Origin: Actinomycetota bacterium | GTDB lineage: Bacteria; Actinomycetota; Acidimicrobiia; IMCC26256; VFJJ01 | Length of the DNA stretch: 58,287 nucleotides | NCBI GenBank assembly: GCA_009886115.1 | Contig: VFJJ01000057.1 | Location: 1-58,287 of the forward strand | Direction: 5' to 3' | The notes under the pieces: generated by a model | Told to the model about the DNA's origin: nothing | Databases searched by the model: none | The model's input: only the letters and a program-made list of their open reading frames with translations | Translations under genes and position numbers: made by a program | Shown here: piece by piece, positions 29,308 through 39,408 of the stretch | Layout of the letters: the number at the start of each line of letters is the position of its first letter | How positions within the stretch are numbered: the stretch's first letter is position 1

Positions 29308-30908
29308 CAGATGCGCTCCGATCGCTCGAGGATCTCGACGGATCCCGTCGATCCGTCGATGCGGATCACATCGCCGGTGTGGAGCGTGCGGGTACCCGTC
29401 CGCGTGTTGATGACACAGGGGATACCCACCTCCCGGGCCACGATCGCGCCGTGGCTGAGAGCGCCACCGATGTCGATGACACATCCCGCGGCCACGAGGA
29501 AGTACGGGGCGTAGCTCGGGTCGGTCGTCTCGCACACGAGGATCTCGCCCGGTTCGAGATCGCCCGTGCTCGGGTCGAGCAACACCCGGACGATTCCCTC
29601 GGCCACACCCGGGCTCACGCCCACGCCCGAGACCGCGTCGGCAAGGCCCGCGGGCTCGAACGCTCGCGGCTCGACCATCCCCAGCCACGACTCGGGAAGG
29701 ACGATCGCGAGGTACTCGTCGTAGCGGGCCCGCCGGAACGCCACGAGCTCCGTGACATTGCTGGGCACCTCGGCGGTGAGCAGCTCGTCGACGGTGAGGA
29801 AGAACACGTCCTCGGGATCGTCGAGCAACCCTCGGCGCGCCCATTCGGCCCCGATCACACGGGCCTGGGCTCGCATGGCGTCGAGCATCTGCATCAGGCC
29901 CGCCTTGCCGATCTCGCGCAACGGAACGTAGGTGTGCGTTGCCCGGAGCAGCAGTCGTGCGTAGGGTCGGCGGTACCAGACCAGCGCGGCCACGAGCTCG
30001 CGCTCTGCTGCGATGCGCTCGTCAACCCGTGCCCGTTCGGCGACGCGGGGATCGGTACCGTCGTCCATCGAGCGGAGCGTGCTCACGAGGCGCTCGACCG
30101 GCGCCGGATCGTCGCGCCACGAACGGCTCGACATCTGGCCCTGGGCCGGGCCCTGGAAGCCGCGTCGAGCGAGGAACTCCGCGATGCTCAGCCGGTCGCG
30201 CGACACGGCCCAGAGATCGGCCGTGGTCTCGATCTCGATCGACTCGTGCCCGCCGAAGAGCGTGAGCATGAGATGGCTCTTGTCGACCGAGGCCAAGGTC
30301 TTGCCCAGCTGCTGGAACAGCGGCCCGCACAGAAGCGCGACGTTGGTGTGGGGTCGGGCCATCTGGTGGAAGCGCTCGCGGGCCTCGACGAACCGGCGAA
30401 AGGCTGTGGCTGCGTCGCCGCTCGATTCGGTGATGGCCTGACGCCAGAAACGCTCGTTGTCGGCGTGCACGCGACGCAGCCAGCGTGGCGTCCGGGCGAA
30501 CAGCACCGGGGTCTTGAGGAACACCACCGGATAGCGACGCCGCGAGTTGTTGCTCTCGACACCAGGACGTACCGAACCGAAGTAGTGCTCTTCGAGCGCG
30601 TCGCCCGAGGTGCCCGGTTGCAGGTCGGCCCACTGGCGCGAGAGGTCGACGTTCAGTGCCACCCGTCCGAAGAAGATCGACGACGTGCGGTGGTCGACGT
30701 CGTCGGGAGGCGGAGCGACCGTGGTGGAGAGGATCCCCATGTCGTGGTACGACTGGCGAATCATGCGCTCGTTGGCGTCGTCCCAGTGCGACCAGTTGAG
30801 CGGCGTACTCACCCCGGGGATGCCCTCGGCGATGTTCACGCGCGTCCAGGCGATACCGGGGCCCGAGACCCGATGGAGCGGATCGTTGAGTGCTGCCGGC
30901 TGTGCCAT
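29307..30908 (-). CDS. PEP-utilising enzyme mobile (phosphohistidine) domain protein; paralog 2
   Basis: GEILVCETTDPSY..GGALSHGAIVAREVGIPCV; N-terminus SGPG.W.RVN.AE..GV.TPL.W shared with paralog 1. Confidence 0.88.
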   Translation of the reverse strand: MAQPAALNDPLHRVSGPGIAWTRVNIAEGIPGVSTPLNWSHWDDANERMIRQSYHDMGILSTTVAPPPDDVDHRTSSIFFGRVALNVDLSRQWADLQPGTSGDALEEHYFGSVRPGVESNNSRRRYPVVFLKTPVLFARTPRWLRRVHADNERFWRQAITESSGDAATAFRRFVEARERFHQMARPHTNVALLCGPLFQQLGKTLASVDKSHLMLTLFGGHESIEIETTADLWAVSRDRLSIAEFLARRGFQGPAQGQMSSRSWRDDPAPVERLVSTLRSMDDGTDPRVAERARVDERIAAERELVAALVWYRRPYARLLLRATHTYVPLREIGKAGLMQMLDAMRAQARVIGAEWARRGLLDDPEDVFFLTVDELLTAEVPSNVTELVAFRRARYDEYLAIVLPESWLGMVEPRAFEPAGLADAVSGVGVSPGVAEGIVRVLLDPSTGDLEPGEILVCETTDPSYAPYFLVAAGCVIDIGGALSHGAIVAREVGIPCVINTRTGTRTLHTGDVIRIDGSTGSVEILERSERI

Positions 30909-31006
30909 CAGCAGATTCTACGAACTGCTCGCGCTGTGGTCATCTGCGTTACCCGGGTCGGCGATCACCTGCTCCGGCCGCCAGCGATGACGGTTCGGGC
31001 GGGTGC

Positions 31007-31891
31007 TCACGCCTGGTCTTCGAGCGACCAGTCGTCGGGGAACGGGATGGAGGTGCGGGCGAAGTTCCCGCCGTCGCACGACGGGATGACCACGCCCGAC
31101 ATGTACTCGGAGTCGTCGGAGGCGAGGAACGTCGCCACGCCGGCGTTGTCGCGCAGACGCGGTGGCCGGTTGAGCTTGAGCGGCCCGGGGAACATCGAGC
31201 GGGCGTCCCAGGCCAGCCCGCTCTCGGCCAGTGCGGCCTCCTCGTACGACATCCCGTTCACCTCGGCGTCGGAGGGAAGGGCGAAGTTGACGGCCATGCC
31301 GTGCGCGGGGGCGAGGCCATTGACCCTGATGCCCCAACGGCCGAGGTCGAACGCCATCGACTTCACGAGTGCGATCGCCCCGGCCTTGGCCGAGCAGTAC
31401 GGACCGAAGCCCGGGTAGGCGTTGAGACCACCGGCCGACGTGGTGACGACGATGTTGCCGAAGCCTTGGGGCTTCATCACCCGGGCGGCGTGCTTCCCGC
31501 TGAAGAAGACGCCCTTGTAGACGACGGCGTTGACGGCGTCGAACTGGGCCTCGGTGAACTCCTCGAAGGGGATCGTGCCGAAACCGTCGACGGGCACCCC
31601 GGCGTTGGCGAACATGATGTCGAGGCGGCCATAGGTGTCGACGGCGGCGCGCACCGCGGCCTCGACCTCGGCCTCGATCGTGACGTCGACCTTCATCCCG
31701 ATGGCGACACCGCCGGTGTCGCTGATCGCCTGGGCGACGTCGTGAGCGCGCTTGTCGACCAGGTCGGTGACCACGATCGAGGCGCCCTCCTCGGCCCACC
31801 ACCGGGCGCACTCGCGCCCGAGGCCCGAGCCCGCTCCGGTGATGACGGCGACCTTGTCGGCGAAGCGCCCTGTGCTCGTGTGGGCTGCCAT
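31007..31891 (-). CDS. SDR oxidoreductase
   Basis: TGAGSGLG, ANAG, YCSAK. Confidence 0.92.
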   Translation of the reverse strand: MAAHTSTGRFADKVAVITGAGSGLGRECARWWAEEGASIVVTDLVDKRAHDVAQAISDTGGVAIGMKVDVTIEAEVEAAVRAAVDTYGRLDIMFANAGVPVDGFGTIPFEEFTEAQFDAVNAVVYKGVFFSGKHAARVMKPQGFGNIVVTTSAGGLNAYPGFGPYCSAKAGAIALVKSMAFDLGRWGIRVNGLAPAHGMAVNFALPSDAEVNGMSYEEAALAESGLAWDARSMFPGPLKLNRPPRLRDNAGVATFLASDDSEYMSGVVIPSCDGGNFARTSIPFPDDWSLEDQA

Positions 31892-31986
31892 GGTTCCCCC
31901 GGTGTCTCGATGGTGAAGCTGGAAGGTGGTGAACGGACCGGCCCGACGTGTGTCGGCGTGTCGGGTGTGTCGGGTGTGTCGGTGGA

Positions 31987-34452
31987 TCAGCGCGCCGGAA
32001 GCGGATCGGGAGCGAAGATCACGCCGTCGGCCTCCAGCTCGGCGATGGCGTCGGCGGAGTATCCCAGCTCGTGGAGGATCGCGGTGTTGTGCTCACCCCG
32101 TACGCATCCGGGGCGAGCCCGGCCGGGGGTGAGGCTCAAGTCGACGGGCACGCCGCTGCGTACCACCGTCCCGAAGAGAGGATGGCCGACCTCGAGCGAG
32201 CGTCCGGTCTCGCGCATCACGGGATCGTCGAGCGTGAAGGCCGACTGCGAGTCTTCCCGTACAGCCACACATCCCACGTCGACTCCAGCCAGCAGCGACT
32301 CCCACTCGGGCGCCGGACGTTCGGCGAACACCGCCGTCAGCTCCTCGATCAGCAAGGCGTCATTGGTGTTGCGGGCGGCGACGGTCGCGAACCTCGGATC
32401 GCTCGGCAACGCCTGGCGTCCGATGGCCTCGGTGAATCGTGTCCACTCCCCCTCGGTGGGAACGACGATGCACACCCAACCCTCGGCTGCCTCGTACAGG
32501 CGGCTCAGGGCGCCCGTCCCCATGTTCTCGGCGTCGCAGACCGGGACGGAGACCTTGTCGGCGTATGTGCAGAAGTCGTCGGAGTAGGCGAGAGCGTTGC
32601 CGCCGATCATGCTCGCGACCACGAACTGGCCTCGTCCCGTACGCCGCTGGTGCAGCACCCCCAAACAGATCGCCGGGAGCACGGCCAGCGCGGCGTTCGA
32701 GTCGCCGTCGACGATGTGCGCGAGCCGAGGCGCGATCACCGCCTGGAGCTCGGGGACGCTCAGGTCGACGTTGAGCTCGGGGTCGATCCAGTGGCCGACC
32801 TGTCGGCCGAAGCTGCCCGCGACGGCCTGCGCCGCTTGGGCGTAGAGGGCTCGGTGCGCATACGGGCCGTCGACGCCGTACCCGGCGGCGTGCACGTAGA
32901 CGATTCGCGGGTTGAGACGCGAGACGGTGTCGTGGTCGATGCCGAGGCGTTCGGCCACACCCGAACGAAAGCCGAGGACGAACACGTCGGCCTTCGCCAG
33001 CACCTCGTGGGCGATCTTGCGGCCTGCCTCGCTGGCGAGGTCGAGCGAGAGGCTCTCCTTGCCGCTCGTGGTCTTGACCGATCCGACCTCGGGGCCGAAC
33101 GAGCGCCGCATCGGATCGCCGACCCGGTCCTCGAGCTTGATGACCCGAGCCCCGAGGTCGGCGGCCATCGAGACCCCGAAGGGCATGGCGTAGAAGTATC
33201 CGAACTCGACGATCGTGACGCCCGTCAGCGGGCCCGCAGCGTGGCGACCGTCACCGTCACCGCCGCCGTCACCGGTTCCGTTGGCAGCCGGGACGGTGCT
33301 GGGGGAGCGAGGAGATGGGAGCGGGTCGTGGGCGTCGAGCGCCGGCGCCGAGCGCGTGATGACGGCCGGCGACCCCCGGAAGCCGGCGAGCGGTCCGACC
33401 TGGCGGACGGGACCGTGCACGGGATCGTCGACGGTGATGGCGTTGCCGTTGTGGACGATCTGCGGATGGTCGAGGCCCTCCTCGCTCGTGGCCGCGACCT
33501 CGAACGCGATGTCGGGATCGGCGAGCAGCAGCGGCAGCCACTCGGTGAGCGTCTTGGTGCGGAACGCCTCCCACATCTGGTCTTCCCAGACCTGGGCGTC
33601 CTCCGGGGAGTCGAACATCGGGAGGTTCTTGTTCTGCGGTAGGTCGAGGAGCGCGCCGAGCCCGGCGACGCGGGTGAGCGATTGGGCCTGGTGCGGCAAG
33701 ACCGTCGAGGTCTGGATGAACCGGCCGTCGCGCGTGCCGACGAGCAACCCGTAGCGGGTGAAGGCCATCGCGCCCGACTTGGTGTCGGCGACGCCGCTGT
33801 TGCCTGCCCGGCGCATCATCAGCGTGATCATCAACGAGAAGTAGTCGAGCGGGTCGAGACCCTGGACGAGCGTGGCGTCGACCCGCTGGCCGTGGCCCGT
33901 CTGGTCGCGAACGAGCAGAGCACCGGCGATCCCGCCCAGGGCCATCATCGCCGCTCCGTAGCTGCCCGAGAGCTGCGGGAAGTAGATCGGGCCGTTGCGC
34001 GGCGCGTACGACCCGCGGGCGAACACGCCGGCCTTGGCGGCCACGAGGGCCTCGTAACCCTTGAGCCTGCTGTAGTTCCCGGTTGGCCCGAACCCGCTGA
34101 TCGCGCAGTAGACGAGCGAGGGATCGGCGCCGCACAGCGCCGCTGCACCCACGACCCAGCCGTCGGCCACGCCGGGGCTGAACCCCTCGACGACGATGTC
34201 GGCGCCGGCAGCGAGCTCACGGACCCGCGCTCGCCCGGCCTCGGTGCGGAGGTCGGCGACCACGCTCTCCTTGCCCCGGTTCCAGACCAGGAATCCCGAC
34301 GGCGACAGCGTGCGCAGGCGATCGCCCCCGGGCGCCTCGATCTTGACGACCCGGGCGCCGAGATCGGCCAGGACCATCCCCACCATCGAAGCAGCCGCGC
34401 TCCCGGCGCCCATCTCGATGACGGTCAGCCCACCGCAGATCGTGTGGTTCAC
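31987..34452 (-). CDS. Double-domain CaiB/BaiF family III CoA-transferase
   Basis: Two repeats: LADLGARVVKIE..GDRLR..NRGKES and ADLGARVIKLE..GDPMR..GKES; C-terminal GEHN. Confidence 0.88.
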   Translation of the reverse strand: MNHTICGGLTVIEMGAGSAAASMVGMVLADLGARVVKIEAPGGDRLRTLSPSGFLVWNRGKESVVADLRTEAGRARVRELAAGADIVVEGFSPGVADGWVVGAAALCGADPSLVYCAISGFGPTGNYSRLKGYEALVAAKAGVFARGSYAPRNGPIYFPQLSGSYGAAMMALGGIAGALLVRDQTGHGQRVDATLVQGLDPLDYFSLMITLMMRRAGNSGVADTKSGAMAFTRYGLLVGTRDGRFIQTSTVLPHQAQSLTRVAGLGALLDLPQNKNLPMFDSPEDAQVWEDQMWEAFRTKTLTEWLPLLLADPDIAFEVAATSEEGLDHPQIVHNGNAITVDDPVHGPVRQVGPLAGFRGSPAVITRSAPALDAHDPLPSPRSPSTVPAANGTGDGGGDGDGRHAAGPLTGVTIVEFGYFYAMPFGVSMAADLGARVIKLEDRVGDPMRRSFGPEVGSVKTTSGKESLSLDLASEAGRKIAHEVLAKADVFVLGFRSGVAERLGIDHDTVSRLNPRIVYVHAAGYGVDGPYAHRALYAQAAQAVAGSFGRQVGHWIDPELNVDLSVPELQAVIAPRLAHIVDGDSNAALAVLPAICLGVLHQRRTGRGQFVVASMIGGNALAYSDDFCTYADKVSVPVCDAENMGTGALSRLYEAAEGWVCIVVPTEGEWTRFTEAIGRQALPSDPRFATVAARNTNDALLIEELTAVFAERPAPEWESLLAGVDVGCVAVREDSQSAFTLDDPVMRETGRSLEVGHPLFGTVVRSGVPVDLSLTPGRARPGCVRGEHNTAILHELGYSADAIAELEADGVIFAPDPLPAR

Positions 34453-34692
34453 TGTCGCTCCCGCGGCGATTGACGGACGTGGGCACTGTACGGGGAGGCG
34501 CCGGCCCGAGGAAAGCGGCATCTCCCCGCCCGCCGCCACCGGTTGCCGCCCGTTCTCGCGCGTTCATTTCCCTTCCTTTCACTTCCTTTTCCTTCCATTC
34601 GTGTTCGCTGACCTCGGCTCCCGTCCGCTCCCGGTCAGCACACCGCGGGATCGGTACGCTCGTCGAGGCGTTGCGAGGGGGAGGGGAGCCGG

Positions 34693-36411
34693 TTGTTCGA
34701 TGTGGTGGTCCGAGGGGGGACGGTCGTCGATGGCACGGGAGGGCGTCGTCGCCGAGCCGACATCGGGATCGTCGCCGGCCGCATCGCCGCCATGGGGCTC
34801 CTCGAGCCGACATCCGCTCGGGAGGTCGTCGACGCGAGCGATCGCATCGTCGCTCCCGGCTTCGTCGACGTCCACTCGCACCTCGACGCCCAGGTCTTCT
34901 GGGACCCGGGGCTGACCCCGTCGTCGTTGCACGGTGTCACGACGACCCTGTCGGGGAACTGCGGTTTCACCCTGGCGCCGACCAACGAAGCAGCGACCGA
35001 CTACCTCGTTCGGATGCTCGCCGTTGTCGAGGGCATGCCGCTCGCCGCCCTCCAGGCCGGTGTCCCGGCCGATTGGTCGACGACCGCCGAGTACCTCGAT
35101 CGCATCGAAAGCAGATTGGCGATCAACGCCGGCTTCATGGTCGGGCACAGTGCCCTGCGGAGGGTCGTCATGGGCCCGGCTGCCGTCGAACGAACCGCCA
35201 CGCCTTCGGAGCTCACGGCCATGGAATCGATGCTGCGAGATGGCCTCGCTGCCGGGGCCCTGGGCTTCTCGTCGTCGTGGGGGCCTGCGCACTTCGACGC
35301 CAACGGCGACCGGGTGCCCTCGCGCTGCGCCGACCGCGATGAGCTCGTGGCCCTGGCCGCGATCTGTGGCGAGTTCGCCGGCACGTCGCTCGAGTTCATC
35401 CCCGAGCGAGCCGATCGCTTCGATGACGCGCAGCTCGAGACGATGACGTCGATGTCGGTAGCTGCGGGCCGTCCGCTCAACTGGAACATCGTCCGGATCA
35501 TGGCCGGCAACCGCTCCGAGACGGCCGGGGTGCTCGCCGCCGGTACCCACGCTCGGGCCCATGGGGCCAAGATCGTGGTGTTGCACATGCCCATCCCGTC
35601 GCGGGCGCGGTTCTCGTTCCTCACCGGCTTCGTGCTCGACGCCCTCCCCGGCTGGGGCCCGGTGCTCTCGCTCCCCGTTGCCGAGCGGCTCGGGGCATTG
35701 CGTGATCACGAGGTGCGGAGCCGTCTGGCCCGGGGTGCGGCCGAGGCCGTGGGCGGGTTGGCCGAGATCGCCGAGTGGGGCAACCGGGTGATCTCCGACA
35801 CCTCGACGGCCGAGACGGCGCGGTATCGGGGCCGGCTCGTCGCCGACATCGCGCTCGAGGAGGCCAAGACCCCGTTCAACGCGCTGCTCGACGTGGTCTG
35901 CGCCGACGGGTTGCAGACCATGTTCACCCGGCCGGCGAGCGAGCCCAGCCGCGCCGACTGGGACGCCGGCGTGGCGGCATGGCGAGATGGGAGGGCGCTC
36001 ATCGGGGGCTCGGATGCCGGAGCCCATCTCGACTTCACCGCGTACTTCGACTACCCGGTCTACGTGATCGAGCACGCGGTGCGGCGCCACGATGCGCTGT
36101 CACTCGAGGAGGCCGTCCACCTCATGACCGACGTACCCGCCCGCTTGTACGGCCTGCGCGACCGGGGACGTGTCGAGGTCGGGGCCTGGGCCGATCTCGT
36201 GCTCTTCGACGAGGCCACGATCGCCTGCGGTGAGATCGCGACCCGCCACGATCTCCCGGCCGGCGCCGGTCGCCTGTACGCCGAACCCGTTGGCATCGAC
36301 CGGGTCATCGTCAACGGCGTCACCGTGGTGGCTGACGGCCGCCTCACCGGCCGCCTAGCCGGCACCCTGTTGCGATCGGGCCGCGACACCTTCACCCCGT
36401 CGATGGTGTGA
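34693..36411 (+). CDS. N-acyl-D-amino-acid deacylase family amidohydrolase
   Basis: GGTVVDGTG, PGFVDVHSHLD, GNCG, GGSDAGAH. Confidence 0.9.
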   Translation: MFDVVVRGGTVVDGTGGRRRRADIGIVAGRIAAMGLLEPTSAREVVDASDRIVAPGFVDVHSHLDAQVFWDPGLTPSSLHGVTTTLSGNCGFTLAPTNEAATDYLVRMLAVVEGMPLAALQAGVPADWSTTAEYLDRIESRLAINAGFMVGHSALRRVVMGPAAVERTATPSELTAMESMLRDGLAAGALGFSSSWGPAHFDANGDRVPSRCADRDELVALAAICGEFAGTSLEFIPERADRFDDAQLETMTSMSVAAGRPLNWNIVRIMAGNRSETAGVLAAGTHARAHGAKIVVLHMPIPSRARFSFLTGFVLDALPGWGPVLSLPVAERLGALRDHEVRSRLARGAAEAVGGLAEIAEWGNRVISDTSTAETARYRGRLVADIALEEAKTPFNALLDVVCADGLQTMFTRPASEPSRADWDAGVAAWRDGRALIGGSDAGAHLDFTAYFDYPVYVIEHAVRRHDALSLEEAVHLMTDVPARLYGLRDRGRVEVGAWADLVLFDEATIACGEIATRHDLPAGAGRLYAEPVGIDRVIVNGVTVVADGRLTGRLAGTLLRSGRDTFTPSMV

Positions 36412-36482
36412 CCCCGGCTGCCGCCGGGCCAGGCCGGGCCTGGCCGCGGCGGATGCCCGCTCGGCCTCGGCGCTGGCAGCTC

Positions 36483-39305
36483 TCAGCCGGGAACCGAGTG
36501 AGCGCGGTCGCCCAGGTATGCCGTGGCGACGGCCTCATCGGTGTCGAGGAGCTCCGGTCGGCCTTGGGCGATGATGCGTCCAGCGTCGAGGACGTAGAGC
36601 CGATCGACGAGCGAGCGCATCATCGGGACGTCGTGATCGATCACCACCAAGCTCGCGCCGAGGTGATCGCGTATCTCGCGGATGATCCGCGAGAACGAGG
36701 CGATCTCGGGAGGGGCGAACCCGGCCGTCGGCTCGTCGAGGAGGAGCACGTCGGCACCCAGTCCCACGACACAGGCGAGCTCGACGAGCCGGCGCACGCC
36801 GGTCGGGAGCGTCGACGACGGATGGGTGGCGTACTCGGAGAGGCCGAGGAGCTCGATGATCTCGGCCGCTCGAGCCCGGCGTGTCCGGTCGCGCCTGACG
36901 GCGCCGGGCCAGCCCGACATCGTCGCGACGAGTCGTGAGGGGAGTTGGCGTTCGAGTGCCAACTCGACGCTCTCGCAGACCGTGAGATCGGCGAACAGCA
37001 GTGCCTGCTGTTGGGTTCGACCTAGACCGCGACGGGCACGCTGGTGCGGAGCCAGGGTTGTGATGTCGTTTCCGTGCAAGAGGATGCGACCGGCCGCCGG
37101 GCGGGTCACACCGGTCAAGGCGTCGAAGAGCGTGGTCTTGCCCGCACCGTTCGGCCCCATCAACCCGAGGATCTCTCCCGCCTCGAGCTGGATCGACACG
37201 CTCTCGACCGCCGTGATGCCGCCGTACCTGACCGTGATCCCTTCGGCCACCAACGGCCGAGCGCCGTCGGCGGTCGTCCCGGGCGGGAACCGGCGGACGA
37301 GCGCACGTGTCGGTGTCGGTGTCGCACGAGCCGATGGCGTCGGATCCGGAGCTGGCGGCGGCGATGATGGGCTCGAACGCACGAGGCGGGCAACGATGCG
37401 GTCGCGCACGTCGAATACGAGTGACGCCATCCCACCGGGTACGAGGATGAACACGAGGATGACTGCGAATCCCGACGACAACAGCGCGTAGTCGTCGCCG
37501 AGGATGCGGGGAATGCCTTCGATCCACACCGCTCCGAGCACGGCACCGGTGATGCTCGTGACCCCGCCGAACACGGTGGTGACGACCAGACCGAACGACT
37601 TGGCAGCGCCGAACTTGGTTCCGGGGTCGGTCGAGAAGTTGATGAGCAGGCCCCCGTACATGAATCCGGCGAGCGTGGCGATCCCACCGGAGATCACGAA
37701 CGCCCGGAGCTTCACCAGCCTGGGGTTGATCGCCAGGCTCGTCGCCGAGACCTCGTTGTCGCGCACCGCCACCATCATGCGGCCCGGGCCGGTGCTGCGG
37801 ATGCGCTGCACCACCACGCAGGTGATGACGAGCACGAGGAGGCACAGCCAGTAGTAGTTGCGTTCTTCGTCGAAGTCGACGCCGGCGATCACGGGACGGT
37901 CGATGTGCAGCGACGACCCGACGCCGGTCCTGGTGGTCACGAACCAGTCCTGGTTGAAGAGCCATGTGCTCGTGCCGATGGCAAAGGCCAGCGTTGTGAC
38001 GGCCAGGAACAGGCCCCGGACTCGTAGCGCGGGGAGACCGACACCGAGCGCCACCGTGCACCCGGCGACCACGGCCAGCGCACCCGCAGCCAGATACGGG
38101 ATGTCGGCCAGGAGCAGTCGGCCCCCCAGCGCCGCTCCGATCCCCACGAACGAATACTGGCCCAGCGAGACGTGCCCCGAATAGCCGGTGAGGACCACGA
38201 GCGACACGCCCATGAGCGCGAACAGCACGACGCTGGATGCTCGGAACTGGTTCGACGGTGTGAGCGCCAACGGTGCCAGGACCGCCAGCCCGATCACGAC
38301 GGTCCGCGTGGCGACCCGCAACGCCCGGACGCGATGGTGGCGTGCCAGAAGAGGCTCGATCGGCCGGACCGAGCGGGCGAAGGTCCACCCCGATCGGTCA
38401 CGGCCCCGGATCAGCTGACCGAGATTGCGTCGGGCGAGGAGGCTCAGCACGATCAGGATCGCGATCACGAGCTCGACCACGCCCCCGGACGGGTAGTTCC
38501 ACAACACGAGCGCCCCAACGACGCCGATCGCGATGCCGCCCGCGAACGAACCAGCCAGGCTGGTGAGGCCGCCGATCATCGCGGCGCCGAGCGATCGCAA
38601 CAGCAGCGACGGCCCCAGTGCCTCCGAAACGGCCAGCGGGCGCGTCGGGCCGTAGAGGATCGCAGCGACGCCAGCCAGGAGACCGGCGATCGACCACATC
38701 GTGAACGAGATCCGGTGGATGGGGATGCCGGCGAGTCGGGCGGCCTCGCCGTTGTCGGCCACGGCCCGGCTGGCTCGCCCCACCGTGCTCCGGCGCAGGA
38801 ACAGCGCCAGCCCGGCGACGATCAGCGGCGACACCAGCAGGATCAGGATCTGGCCCGGTCCGAGGAACAACTCGCCGATCTGGATCTCCCACGAGAACGG
38901 CGTCGGATACCGCTCGCCCTCGAGCCGGCTCACGCTCGGCAGCAACAGGCTGAAGGCGAAGATCACCTGGCCCAGGCCGATCGTCGCCACCATGGCCGTC
39001 AGCCTCGGTGCGCTCTCGAGGCGCCTGATCACCAGCAGCTCGCAGAGCCCGCCGAGCATGGCGGCGGTGACGAGACCCATCGGGAGAACGATCCAGTACG
39101 GCCAGCCGGCGTTGAGCACCAACAAGGGAACGATCAGGCTCGGGAGCGCACCGAGCTCGCCGGCAGCCAGGTTCAGAACGCGCGAGGTCTTGTAGACGAG
39201 CGTCAGGCCCACGGCGACGAGCGAGTACGTGAGCCCGGTGATCACGCCGAGGACCACGATGTGCAGGGGGATCTCGAAGTCGATGAAGGGGATCGTGAAG
39301 GTCAT
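36483..39305 (-). CDS. Fused branched-chain-amino-acid-type ABC permease-permease-ATPase (LivH-LivM-LivG)
   Basis: Two hydrophobic permease repeats (VLNLAAG; GHVSLGQ, LRVRGLFLAVTT); GPNGAGKTT, LLLDEP, IDHD. Confidence 0.92.
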   Translation of the reverse strand: MTFTIPFIDFEIPLHIVVLGVITGLTYSLVAVGLTLVYKTSRVLNLAAGELGALPSLIVPLLVLNAGWPYWIVLPMGLVTAAMLGGLCELLVIRRLESAPRLTAMVATIGLGQVIFAFSLLLPSVSRLEGERYPTPFSWEIQIGELFLGPGQILILLVSPLIVAGLALFLRRSTVGRASRAVADNGEAARLAGIPIHRISFTMWSIAGLLAGVAAILYGPTRPLAVSEALGPSLLLRSLGAAMIGGLTSLAGSFAGGIAIGVVGALVLWNYPSGGVVELVIAILIVLSLLARRNLGQLIRGRDRSGWTFARSVRPIEPLLARHHRVRALRVATRTVVIGLAVLAPLALTPSNQFRASSVVLFALMGVSLVVLTGYSGHVSLGQYSFVGIGAALGGRLLLADIPYLAAGALAVVAGCTVALGVGLPALRVRGLFLAVTTLAFAIGTSTWLFNQDWFVTTRTGVGSSLHIDRPVIAGVDFDEERNYYWLCLLVLVITCVVVQRIRSTGPGRMMVAVRDNEVSATSLAINPRLVKLRAFVISGGIATLAGFMYGGLLINFSTDPGTKFGAAKSFGLVVTTVFGGVTSITGAVLGAVWIEGIPRILGDDYALLSSGFAVILVFILVPGGMASLVFDVRDRIVARLVRSSPSSPPPAPDPTPSARATPTPTRALVRRFPPGTTADGARPLVAEGITVRYGGITAVESVSIQLEAGEILGLMGPNGAGKTTLFDALTGVTRPAAGRILLHGNDITTLAPHQRARRGLGRTQQQALLFADLTVCESVELALERQLPSRLVATMSGWPGAVRRDRTRRARAAEIIELLGLSEYATHPSSTLPTGVRRLVELACVVGLGADVLLLDEPTAGFAPPEIASFSRIIREIRDHLGASLVVIDHDVPMMRSLVDRLYVLDAGRIIAQGRPELLDTDEAVATAYLGDRAHSVPG

Positions 39306-39360
39306 CGGGCGCCGCCAGGCTGTCGCGACACGTTTCGATCCCCCGGCTCCCGTATCCCTT

Positions 39361-39373
39361 TTCAGGATACTCT
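39361..39373. promoter_or_regulatory. Candidate operator TTCAGGATACTCT
   Basis: One of four similar intergenic sites. Confidence 0.55.
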
Positions 39374-39408
39374 ATTGACCCAGCAGCGGGTGGGAGAGGG
39401 GCGTTCGC

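Noticed and set aside
31947..31983. Short degenerate GTGTGTCGG repeat
   Set aside because: About four imperfect copies, low information; not CRISPR-like.
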